64,000 nt of DNA, filler included, from Circinaria calcarea (GCA_051942165.1; 40 parts of 40 records of this genome joined end to end with filler, not necessarily neighbours in it); one strand, 5' to 3'. Counted from the first letter of the whole stretch, positions 13,721 through 24,571 are shown. Made by a program: numbers and translations. The notes: generated by a model from the sequence alone, not told the origin.

Positions 13721-14406
13721 ATGGCAGAAGATGGGCTTCTCATGAATTTTGCCCTTGGAGACGGTACTATCAACACCAAATCTGTCTTCAAAGGGGGCCG
13801 GTGGAAAGACCGCTTAGTCGCAAAGAAAGTTGCAAGACACCGTCAACAAAAATCTCAAGGTGGGGTCCTCCCTCAAGCAAATAGCAATCCTACCGACCCT
13901 GTCCATAGCCAATCGGAACCTCCACTTGAAAGACCTCAGAAGAGGCAGAAGCTCGTTGAGAACCGCAATGGTCGACTTAGACAAGTACCCAATGCGAGAG
14001 GTTCACAAGAAGTGGTCTCTTCGTTGTTCTCCTACAACCCTACCTCCAAGGTTCCGGCGTCCAAGGAGAACGAGGAGGTTGCACCGGCAGAGCCTTCCAA
14101 TGCTCCTCTCATCGATGGACTAGACACCTTTACCTCTTTAGGCTTGTCTACCACACTAGCGACCCATCTCCTTGCAAAACTCGAATTGAAAGCTCCTACA
14201 GCCATTCAGAAAGCTACCATTTCTCAACTCATTAAAGAGGACTCCGATGCTTTTATACAGGCTGAAACAGGGTCGGGTAAGACTCTTGCATATCTACTTC
14301 CCATCGTACAAAGAATCATGGAGCTATCCCGCAAGGAGGACGACGCCACAGATAAAACACAGGTTCACCGAGACTCCGGGCTATTCGCCATCATCCTCGC
14401 CCCTAC
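13721..14406 (+). CDS. DBP7: DEAD-box RNA helicase DBP7, N-terminal part (divergent from PAN6)
   Basis: MAEDGLLMNF, FKGGRWKDRL, Q motif APTAIQK, motif I QAETGSGKTLAYLLP, RDSGLFAIILAP. Confidence 0.9.
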
Positions 14407-14609
14407 NNNNNNNNNNNNNNNNNNNNNNNNNNNNNNNNNNNNNNNNNNNNTTAATTAATTAANNNNNNNNNNNNNNNNNNNNNNNNNNNNNNNNNNNNNN
14501 NNNNNNATCCTTCCTATACACGTCAAGATGTTTGATGCAGTAGCCAATCTCATCACGAATATTCCCTTACCTGCCGGTGCTGCTCCGTACTTTCCCCGTT
14601 CCTGGACCG

Positions 14610-15901
14610 AAGGCGGGTGCCAGAAATAGTGATAGTTCCGTACACCCCTAAATAATACCACCCTTCTTTCTTTCTCAACCAACCGGTCAATTTATATATA
14701 AATCTCTAATAAAATGGCCAGGACTAAGAGTACTATACGGCGAAACTGTTCCACTACTGATCCATCAATTATTCTTTCACCCTGCGCGCCGCGCAAGCGA
14801 AACGCGCCTGTTGATACTCCACGCCGCCAACGTTTACTTCGCGACGCAAAGGCGTACGCAGGCAAAATCAGTCGTAAGGACTTATTTAAAGCCTTGGATA
14901 TACCTGAAGCCACAGGCTATCGTATACTGAAGTCACAATCCCCGCGCCGCAGCGAAAGGCTTCATGATCGAGGCCGAAAACCGATCCTTGCATCCCACGA
15001 ACGAGCCGCAATTGAAACAGTTGAAGACTCGAATTTTCGCTTCGCTGCGTCCACTCATCATGCAGTAGCAAGGGCTATTGGGATATCTCACGGTTCCGAA
15101 CGCGCAATTCAAAGAAATATGAAAGATCACGGCGTAGGGACGTACCGCGCAGCGCAACGAAAATTCATCAGTCAAACCTCTATTACAGCGCGTTCAAATT
15201 TCGCGTTTGAGCGTCGATACGCCAAACTAGAAGACTTTCAACGCAACCGATACGCAGACGAATGCCATTTTGCAACCCATTTACAACGGCAAGCTATGGT
15301 ACACCGCCGCCGCGGTCTAGAGCATCGGAATAGGTCGTCAAAAGTTCAACATCATTATAAAAGGAAGAATCAAGTCTGGCACGTCTTCGGTTATATCGGT
15401 TGGAATTATAAAAGTGTTTTACACTTCTATAATGGCTCTGGTAAACAAGGACGTTTAGTTCAGGAAGATTATGCAATCTTTCTTACAGATATCGTTGCTA
15501 AAGATTGGGACGCAAATTGCGTCTTTATTGAGGATAACGACGGATCGCATGGGACACGCGGGAAAGGTCCTAATATGATAAAAACCCTGAAGGATGAATT
15601 AGGGATCATTTGCGAACCTAACCCCCCAGAGTCACCGGATTTGAATCCCATTGAGCATATCTGGCGTATCATTAAGCAAAGGCTTAAGAATCGCGGATTG
15701 ATCTTCGACGCGCGTGAATTGCGACTCGCAATCGAGGAAGAATGGGATAAAATCACTCTAGATGAGATTAATAGATTAATCTCTACTATGCCTGAGCGCA
15801 TAAAGGCTGTAAATAAGGAATTTGGGTTGCCGACGAGGTGGTGAGTGTAGATAGATAATTTGGCTATGTACGGAACTATCACTATTTCTGGCACCCGCCT
15901 T
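14610..15901 (+). mobile_element. Complete Tc1/mariner-superfamily DNA transposon, 1292 bp, perfect 35-bp TIRs (14610-14644, 15867-15901), flanked by CG dinucleotides
   Basis: AAGGCGGGTGCCAGAAATAGTGATAGTTCCGTACA and its exact reverse complement enclose one transposase ORF. The inverted match extends 3 more bases (CCG/CGG). No TA at either end. Confidence 0.93.
14714..15844 (+). CDS. Tc1-like DDE transposase (376 aa, D-D-39-E)
   Basis: N-terminal HTH-like region with GRKPIL; catalytic YADECHF, FIEDNDGSH, SPDLNPIEHIW; C-terminal STMPERIKAV; uninterrupted ORF. Confidence 0.95.
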   Translation: MARTKSTIRRNCSTTDPSIILSPCAPRKRNAPVDTPRRQRLLRDAKAYAGKISRKDLFKALDIPEATGYRILKSQSPRRSERLHDRGRKPILASHERAAIETVEDSNFRFAASTHHAVARAIGISHGSERAIQRNMKDHGVGTYRAAQRKFISQTSITARSNFAFERRYAKLEDFQRNRYADECHFATHLQRQAMVHRRRGLEHRNRSSKVQHHYKRKNQVWHVFGYIGWNYKSVLHFYNGSGKQGRLVQEDYAIFLTDIVAKDWDANCVFIEDNDGSHGTRGKGPNMIKTLKDELGIICEPNPPESPDLNPIEHIWRIIKQRLKNRGLIFDARELRLAIEEEWDKITLDEINRLISTMPERIKAVNKEFGLPTRW

Positions 15902-16149
15902 CGGCCTCTGGGATAAAGCCCTTTAAGGGGGGGGGATAATTGTTACACCGCGGCTAAATAATAACCAGTTAGCGCACGTTACCCGCGCGCGCTAAACCTG
16001 CGACTTAAAAGAGNNNNNNNNNNNNNNNNNNNNNNNNNNNNNNNNNNNNNNNNNNNNTTAATTAATTAANNNNNNNNNNNNNNNNNNNNNNNNNNNNNNN
16101 NNNNNNNNNNNNNCCCCTTTCTAGCTTTGCCTGTTGCTAAGCTATGCAG

Positions 16150-16753
16150 GCTTTTTTCTTCACCAATAGTCTCGCTCTACGTTGGTCAAGATCGTCAGTC
16201 CTTTGCCGTTCACAAGAGGCTCCTATGCCATGTGGTCCCCTTCTTCAGTAAAGCTTTCGATGGTGGGTTCGAGGAATCTGCCACGTCAGAGATGCTCTTG
16301 CCCGACGAGGACCCTCCGGCCTTTGGTCTTTTTCTAGTCTGGCTGTACAAAGGCCTACTCCCTTCCCAAGACGTCACCCCAATTGAGGACTATCCGATTG
16401 ATAACTACGTTAAACTTTATATCATGGCTGAGAAGTGGTGTCTAAGAGCTCTGCAGAAGGTTGCTGTCGACGTGATCTACAAGTACTTTCGACTGGCGAC
16501 GGAGAAAACAAAAAATGCACTGGTGCGGATAGCACTTGACGTCTATTCGCAACCTAATCCATCCAAGATACGCTTCTTTGTAATCCGTCAGAGTCTAATA
16601 TACGCCACTAAATCCGACGAACCAACCTGGTTGTATCCCGTACTCGAGGGAAATGAAGAGTTTGCGGTGGACTTTGGGAAGGAGGCCTGTAAACTGCTCA
16701 AACATACGGACTCTAGTAATGCCGGCGTTGAGGTGGAGTACTTTTACACCTAA
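16150..16753 (+). CDS. BTB/POZ domain protein (last exon)
   Basis: IVSLYVG...FAVHKRLLC...FFSKAFDGGFEES...LPDEDPPAFGLFLVWLY; acceptor CTAAG...CAG at 16149. Confidence 0.88.
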
Positions 16754-18253
16754 AGCTTTTTTTTGGGAAGACGGATGCTCTTTCCTTATCGAGTTATTCC
16801 TCAGCCCTTTACTTGGGTAGTATTACCCCACGACACCATACTAATCCTCGCTATTTATATCAGAGCTTTTGATCGAACTAGGCTGTTGGCTTCGGTACCC
16901 ACTGCTTTCCCCAAGTTACTAGCTTGGTTTTGCGTACCCCAGCCGATGAAGGCCTGTTCGAACGCGGCCCACAGGGGAACCCGCGGGGAGGTGGTCAGTT
17001 TATTTCAAAAATATCGTTCAAATCCCTATCATCATACCGACAAGAGCGTTTCTGGATGGACATTAAATTACTACTGCTAGATTTCGAATCTAGAGCCATG
17101 ATACTCCTATCACCAACAAAACCCCATGTCATCCTCCTGTCAACCGTATCTGACTTGACGGCGATCGAGCACAAAGCCTATCTTCGTAGTAAGCAATACG
17201 CAAGACTTGAACTCCGGAGGCCTATACCCCCCACCGCCAAACTATCTGATCCAGAAGCTGGTGAGAACAAGTAGACAATGTACAAGGGCCATTCTAGATG
17301 GGAATGGCAAATCTACTGCTTGGCATTGCCTGCTCAGTCTCGCGGGCCATTCGTAAGGATCTGATAGACACTCAAATATCTACCGGATCAGGGTTACTGG
17401 GGTCTCGAATGAGGTTCCGCTTTCCAAAGCAGATCAGTCCAACGCAGTCCATCCTCAGCCTGAAGCAACCGGAACTACAATGACAGCATAAACATGAACT
17501 TTTAATGAGTATATCTTCTAACCTTCAGAACATCCCTCCCTCAAAGTCATTCCTCTCTCATTCCCGAGTAAACTCCCCCCGGCCTACTTACTCCCGAACT
17601 CCCCCTCCTTACCTCCTAGCNNNNNNNNNNNNNNNNNNNNNNNNNNNNNNNNNNNNNNNNNNNNTTAATTAATTAANNNNNNNNNNNNNNNNNNNNNNNN
17701 NNNNNNNNNNNNNNNNNNNNGCTCCTCCTACTGACTCGTGCTCGTCTCTCAGACTCCTCCATATGATGTACATACTGTACCGATCCCCGAAACAATAGAC
17801 TAAATGCTCATGCGCGTCATTGTCCGTTATACATGTAATCTGCTGAAGAGCTAGATAATACAATGGCGATGACGAATCCCCTCCATGCATGGTCAAGGAT
17901 CTTGCCGTTGCTTGCATTTTCACTTTTTTGTTGTTGAAATCGCGTCACTGGAGCGTATTCGACTCGGTAGTTAAGAGGTCACCAGGGGCGCAGCCTGTCA
18001 GCCGCACCTTTTCACGACCAAAACAATCTAAGATCAGCCTCACTTAGTAAGTAGGTATTCTGAATATAAGCTGCGTGCCTTCCGAGTCTTTGGTTCGGAT
18101 TTTCCATTTTATCGCGTACAAGGAGGGTCTCGACTTGCTTGCCTGTTTATTCTTTATCGCAAGCTCGCGCTTTAGCATCGGGCTCCCCCTTCAACCTTTT
18201 TGTGCATATATATCGAAACTGCATCACATACTCCCGAAAGGCCTTGCCAAAAG

Positions 18254-19226
18254 ATGAGTGCGCAAGAGTATTACGGCTCCGGGCCTTATCCCCCTCCCCC
18301 TCGGCCAAACGGCTATCCCGCGCAACAGCAGTACGGACTTCAAAGCCCTGGGTATGCCTCACCTCCGCAGCACCACCAACAACCTTCCATAAGCCCAGGG
18401 TACGCGCCTCCTCCACACCAATACGCTCCCGCAAGTCCCGGGTACCCACCACCTCAATACGGCGGATACATCCCTCCCGTAAATGCCAACCCCCTCCTCA
18501 GCTCTCCCTCTTCCTTCTTATTCCGAGTCACATACTAATAACGAGATACCTAAACACAGGCGCCGCAGCAATACCAATCCCCGCCCTCGCACTCGTACGC
18601 CGCGCTGCCTCCTCCTCCTCCTCCTGCCCCTTTTCCCTCGAGTTCAGGAGCAGCTCCCTACGTAGACGAAGACTACGAGTCCCACTCCAGCCGCTCAAGT
18701 CCCGAAAACGGAGGCAAAGAGCGAGGCCTCGGCGCGACACTCGTCGGAGCCAGCGGCGGCGGGTTCCTGGGCCACGAGTTGGGAGGAGGCGTGTTGGGGA
18801 CCATTGGGGGCATGATTGCCGGGGCCGTGGGTGCCAATGCGCTGGAGCATAGGCATCGGAGGTATATCTTCACACTTTCCCTCCCCTTTTCTCCCCCCCT
18901 CCCGAAAAAGAAATGGGATGCAGAGATGCAGACACGGAATACAGAGAGCTGATATACGCCCCCGGACGGGGGGACGGGCATTCACAGGCACAAGAAAAAC
19001 CGAGAAGACGAAAAAGATGAGCGCAGGCACTCGCATTCCCATTCCCATTCCCATTCCCATTCTCACTCGCACGGCCACTCCCATTCCCACGGCCGCAGAG
19101 ACGATACTTCCTACGGCGGCAGCACTTACGGGGACAGTCTGTCCCCCGGGGGACGCTCGGATAGCGGCAGCGGCAGCGGGAGCCATGGACATGGACATGG
19201 ACATGGCCATCGCCATCACCGTCATC
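18254..19226 (+). CDS. Pro/Tyr-rich, glycine-zipper, His-rich protein (3 exons, 3'-truncated)
   Basis: ATG 18254; introns 18479-18559 and 18862-18987; glycine zipper GLGATLVGASGGGFLGHELGGGVLGTIGGMIAGAVGANALE; (HS)n/(HG)n tail. Confidence 0.8.
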
Positions 19227-19495
19227 NNNNNNNNNNNNNNNNNNNNNNNNNNNNNNNNNNNNNNNNNNNNTTAATTAATTAANNNNNNNNNNNNNNNNNN
19301 NNNNNNNNNNNNNNNNNNNNNNNNNNCCCTTCCCCCCAGGTCATTTAGGGAACTATTCCACTGCCAGACGGACGTCTTATTCTTCTTTTTGCCTCTCTCG
19401 CAAGGCCCTTCCTGCCCGTTCCCACTGATGTACGGTCCCAATTTTTCGTATCGTTTCGCAGATTTATTATTACCGCCAACCGTTATCATAGCCAC

Positions 19496-19823
19496 CACCC
19501 GTCACCCTTCACCCGTCACCCTTCACCCGTCACCCTTCACCTGTCACCCTTCACCGTTCGCAATAGGTAGTTGGTTTTTTTTTTTTTTTTTTTTTTTTTT
19601 GGATCGCCAGGATTGGATTACGGATAATCAAAAGGAAGATTTTAAACGATCATGAGAAGGGAGGAGGGGTATTTTTTTGGGAATAGTGAGGGGTTAGTGA
19701 GGAGTCGGTGAGGAGTTAGTGAGGGGTCGGTGAGGATTTTAAACGATCATGAGGAGGGAGGAGGGGTATTTTTTGGGGGGGAATAGTGAGGAGTCAGTGA
19801 GGAGTCGGTGAGGAGTCGGTGAG
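19496..19823. repeat. Short tandem repeats (CACCCGTCACCCTT units) and an approximately 100-bp tandem duplication containing GTGAGGAGTCG units
   Basis: GATTTTAAACGATCATGAG..GGGAGGAGGGGTATTTT occurs at about 19638 and about 19735. Confidence 0.8.
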
Positions 19824-20130
19824 GCGTAAGGGGGGCCTTTTGCGGTGGGTAGGGGGATGGTGCAACTTTGGAGCTCTCTGCTCTGTGGCTTTGGAGGGGT
19901 TAGGTTTTATTGATACTTTTTTGGCAGTGGTTGCGCTCTTTGAGGCAGTTGCACAACCCTTCGAGAACTGAGGGTATGGAAAATCCACATTTTACACTCC
20001 AAGAGGGTGGTATATGAAACTGCAAGTTTTACCCCGCTCGTGATTCTACGACGTATTACAGCCCCCCCCTTCTTCTCTATAATTCCCCAAACAATTCGAA
20101 CACTAACCTCCACCCTTTGCAATAAATTTA

Positions 20131-20671
20131 CGCCGCATCACGGGGTTGGGTTGGGTTTCGGTCGGGTTTTCGTTAGGCTAAAACCCCAGCCAACCCGTTT
20201 AGAATTGGGTTTTTTCACGGGGATTGGGTTAGGGTTTTTAGCGTAGGGTTGGGTCTGGTTGGGTTAGGGTTTAAACCGGTTTTTAAACCCCGTTGTTTAA
20301 TTACTATCAATAACTTGGATTAAATGGCTATGTTGTGCTGTGCTGCATTGAGCTATTGTGCATGCGGCCGCCATATATGCTGCCGCCATATATATTATGC
20401 TGCTGCTGCCGCTATATATACATGCTACTGACGCCATGTGTGCTGCTACTATACTATATATGCTGTTAACATGCGCATAGTATGAAGCATAGTATAGCGG
20501 AATAGCAGGCGGCATGGCGGGGGCGGAATAGCGGGCAGCAGCATATAGAGCAGCAGCATGCATATAGCATAATTATACTAATCATTATAGTAGTTTTTGC
20601 CAACTGGGTTAACCAATTGAAACGGGTTGGGTTCGGGTCATGCCTTGCGAAACCCAACCCGTGCTGCAGCG
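20131..20671. mobile_element. Non-autonomous TIR element (MITE), about 541 bp, TA-flanked
   Basis: Left TA|CGCCGCATCACGGG(GTTGGG)TTGGGTTTCG vs right CGAAACCCAACCCGTGCTGCAGCG|TA; subterminal GGGTT repeats; internal degenerate GCTAT/GCATA satellite. Confidence 0.7.
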
Positions 20672-20931
20672 TAACCTGGAAGAAGGGATCAAAACTTTTG
20701 ATCCCCAAAAATCCCGGGGAACCAAATTACGATTGCGATTGCGTGAGGTAAACTTTCTTGGAAAATCCAATCCAATCCCTCCCCCGAGGCAAATCTTTCC
20801 TTTTTGGGGGGAAACCCCCCCCCCCCCAAGGNNNNNNNNNNNNNNNNNNNNNNNNNNNNNNNNNNNNNNNNNNNNTTAATTAATTAANNNNNNNNNNNNN
20901 NNNNNNNNNNNNNNNNNNNNNNNNNNNNNNN

Positions 20932-21217
20932 AAATTACATCCATGGCGCCAGCTATATCCAATGTCCGGCCAAGACGATCGCCACGGCGCACGCGACGGG
21001 CACGGGCTGGTTGGGGGTCTTGCTCGGGTTTTGCACCCGGGCGACGAGGAGGAGGAGGAGTGTGCATGTGGAAGGCGGTGAGGCGGCCAGGGAGCCCAGG
21101 TGGGTATATCCGCATATCTTGGAGGTGAATGGGACGAATTATACGGGCGGGAGAAGAGGAGATTTGGTATACAAGGACCTGGCGGGGAGGACGCTTGATT
21201 TACAATTTTGGAAATAG
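20932..21217 (+). CDS. Hypothetical protein C-terminus
   Basis: Frame open from the contig edge to ...VYPHILEVNGTNYTGGRRGDLVYKDLAGRTLDLQFWK*. Confidence 0.45.
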
Positions 21218-21494
21218 GTGAGTGTCGAATTTATACCTTGGTGGGTTGCCACCCATAGCCCCTGAACCCCCTGAACCCCCTGAACAGATCTGGCGTGTAT
21301 ATACCACGACTATTCTATAGAGATATATAGAGCATAAAACGAAGACGGTACTGTGTTTTAGCAAACTTATGTGATTTTGCATAATTCGCTGCTTCTGTCG
21401 AAGGGTTTTACAAGTTTCCATCTCCGCTTTCTCCTTTAAATCTCTGGCTACCATTCCAAGCTGAGCATAGTTTTCATAGTTCTTTGTAGTATAT

Positions 21495-21960
21495 GTCCCT
21501 TACCTCGTTGCTTGAAAAAGGACCAGACTATATCACCCTAGCCTAACTAATCGTAACTTTGTTACCAAGGCCGGCACGGTTCCTTTCCCGTTTCCAGTAA
21601 CGGAGTAAAGGAAAACCTCTGCTTTTATTTTTTTTTGGAAACCAAAACACCTAGACTCTCGATCTAACCTTTCCTGGGACACATCACACATCCCCTTTCT
21701 GCACGCTACCTAACCGCGCGAGGGATCCCAGCAACGCAGGCCCGAAAGGAAAACGGAATCAGATCTCCAGGGAACAGAATTAACGTAGTTTGTTACTATA
21801 ACGGACTCGCGGTGTTGGGGAACACGAAAACGAAAGCGGGTTTTCGATAAAGGTTAATGTCTGGAGAATATACACAAAACTCTAAAGAAAAAAAATTTCG
21901 AGACAGGTAAGGGGGGCAAGGTAGGCGGGTGGGCTGGACTCTCCTGCTAGCAAGTCAACC
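21495..21960 (-). ncRNA. Putative structured RNA / group I intron-like element
   Basis: Several nested helices with G-U pairs favouring the minus strand; S-like motif GAUAUAGUCUG followed by a P9-like hairpin (see findings). Folded by eye only. Confidence 0.35.
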
Positions 21961-22822
21961 AGGGGGGAAAAAAGTATGGAGGGTAGTAATTAAGAAGCTG
22001 TCAGGCTATATCGGTAATACTAATATTTGGTAGAAATTGCTTAAGCAAATGGCCTTTTGGCCTCCCTGTCTGCTTCGTCCAGTATGAAGCATTTTTGTTG
22101 GACTCCAGTGAAAAGCAACTAGAATTGGCAATGCTGTATGCAGTGGCATTCCCGTGGGTTCTTTTGAGACTCTTTTTTTAAAAAAAAATTGTTTGCTGTC
22201 ACTCATGAAACGGGAAATCTACAGGTGTGTGTCATGATATCGTAAACCAGGCCATGAGCGCATGAGCCCTTAAAAATTGCCCGTTCTTTTAACCTAATCA
22301 ATGCCTTTGGCCTCTCGTGACCTTGAGAATTTCAACACAGGTGATATGGCCGCGTAGAGATATACTGAATGGTGACTACTATCGTTTCACGAAGCGATAT
22401 GAGAACTTCATTGAGAGCCAAGCGGTGGATAATGGANNNNNNNNNNNNNNNNNNNNNNNNNNNNNNNNNNNNNNNNNNNNTTAATTAATTAANNNNNNNN
22501 NNNNNNNNNNNNNNNNNNNNNNNNNNNNNNNNNNNNCATCCATAGCAATAATGAGCCCATTTTAGTCATAGTGTTACGTATAACCTCTAATTGTTTCCTG
22601 TTGCGGAGCGTAAAAATGTCACGTGGGCGATTTACTCTTACCGTTTAAAAGACCCTAAACATCAAGGATGTCTGGTCGTTTCGATCCCCCAACCACCAAG
22701 AATTAGGCCGCTCCCAAATAACATAACTTCATCTTGCAAACGAGATGCAAATGCTGTGATGCACTCCATTCAAGATACTACAATGGTGGCGATAAGCTAG
22801 CTATATACATTCAACGGCTCAT

Positions 22823-23311
22823 CTACCAAGTCTTGTGATGATAGAAGTTCTCTTGGATTTCGTGAGAAGAATCTTGTAGAATCTTGGTTTTGGGAGCAGA
22901 GTTTCCGCGCTTGACTACGGCACTGGAAGTTAGCTTTTTATTTTGGCGTTCCCAATAAATATCTTTTCGAAGAGACTTGCTTAACTCTGTTCTAAACATG
23001 GTGTTTTTGATGAAACGAGCAGAGGAGGCGCTAGAACTATTCGTTGTGTGAAGTTGATGACCTTCTGGTTTAGAACACGAAGCTTGATTCTGTGCCTGGT
23101 GTATCTGTAGAGTAAGTAATAAATGCCGCGGAATTAGTTTCGGCTCTAGAACGACTCGTTGGAATGTCTTCTGATTGAAATTTGTCGGACCGCTGAAGTC
23201 GTCACTATCTTCCCGATTTGCATCACTCTCAATTTCCCCCCCCATCCGTTTCCTCCCACTCCTCCCACTCTTTAGCAGTCCTAAGTGCCTCGGAGTTCTC
23301 GCTATCTCCAA
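22823..23311 (-). CDS. DUF3295-like protein (divergent, start uncertain)
   Basis: MFRTELSKSLRKDIYWERQNK and terminal YHHKTW resemble the DUF3295 C-terminal motifs (TELTESLR..LWERQ; YH..GW). Confidence 0.6.
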   Translation of the reverse strand: MEIARTPRHLGLLKSGRSGRKRMGGEIESDANREDSDDFSGPTNFNQKTFQRVVLEPKLIPRHLLLTLQIHQAQNQASCSKPEGHQLHTTNSSSASSARFIKNTMFRTELSKSLRKDIYWERQNKKLTSSAVVKRGNSAPKTKILQDSSHEIQENFYHHKTW

Positions 23312-24141
23312 GCGTCCGCTCGTGCATCAACGACTTGACACGAGTCTCGTTACCAGAGGCTTCGGTAACTTAGTCAGTTCTCGCCTGTTGAGGCCATAAT
23401 TAGCTCTTTTAAGAGATGAGCCAGTGAAGACCTTACCCCGCCAGCACTTATTGGTGAAGGAGAAAGAGCAACTAAAGCAGAACATTAGTCCATTGGGAAT
23501 GACAGTAAAACGAGAAAGAGAATTAGAGTAGGGCGGAAAAACCTTGCAAAAACAACCATTCGACATTATATATATAGCCCACGGCTATCAATTATTTTGA
23601 AAATTCCTCAGTCATTATCAAAGCAAAAAACCCCCTTCCGAGGTCCACGCCCGCTAGGTCGTTCACGATCATCATATGTATGATCGTCTTGATATCCATG
23701 TTACCAACAATGCATGTAGGCAGAGCTGTCTGTGGAATCATTGGATGGAGATGTTAAAAGGCTATTGCTGGGGACCGAGCGGCACGCTAGCTGATAGGGG
23801 GTCCAAAGTTCGCCTTCCTACTTTAGGTATCTAATCACCAGGCAAGCTATTCCATTTTAGCCTTTGACTTTTACAGAACACCAAGATACGCTGCCATTAA
23901 CCTTACTGGCTGCGAGGCTGCCCACACCACTGCCACCAGTTGAATGGAGGGAGACGATGAGTTCGTGATCGTCTCGGAAAGTCTGTTCAAATGTCTACAC
24001 CAGCACTGCGAATGTTACCCTGATTTCACTATCCGCAAGCANNNNNNNNNNNNNNNNNNNNNNNNNNNNNNNNNNNNNNNNNNNNTTAATTAATTAANNN
24101 NNNNNNNNNNNNNNNNNNNNNNNNNNNNNNNNNNNNNNNNN

Positions 24142-24571
24142 CGAGACGGTCATGGAACTTTTCAAGAAAATGGGCCCGCGCGTCGTGCTTGTCGAATTTA
24201 AAGGCCGTCTTGCGGGTCTGGTTACTGTCAAAGATTGCCTGAAATATCAATTCAAAGTCGAAGCTCAGGAAAGAGGTGGGGACGGTGAAGCCAGTAGGCA
24301 TGTGGAAAGGTGGGAAGAGAGGTTGTGGGGCGTTATGCAGGGAGTCGGTGAGGCGGTCAGTGGGTTTGTGGGCCGGCTTACCAAAGGTAGAGTCAGACTT
24401 GGTATTGGAGAAAGGAGAGGGGAGAGGTTGCTCGGGAGCGAGGGGGTAGACCCGAGAGATGAGAGGGAACCGATCCGACCGATTGAAGATGAGGTGGCGA
24501 GAGATGGACCTGCGGGGAATAGGCTTGGAGGAGAGGAAGAAGAGGGGATGGAGTTGTTGGAGAGGCACTAG
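24142..24571 (+). CDS. CLC chloride channel (GEF1-like), C-terminal CBS region
   Basis: ETVMELFKKMGPRVVLVEFKGRLAGLVTVKDCLKYQ. Confidence 0.85.

Noticed and set aside
18695..19274. ORF-track proteins with MGMGM / IPIPIP runs
   Set aside because: Shadow frames of the His-rich exon.
20140..20272. TTAGGG/GGGTT words as a telomere
   Set aside because: Not a tandem TTAGGG array; they are internal subterminal repeats of a TIR element.
21530..21550. Telomerase RNA template (CACCCTAGCCTAA)
   Set aside because: Does not match the TAACCCTAA-type template, and I could not identify a pseudoknot or CR4/5.
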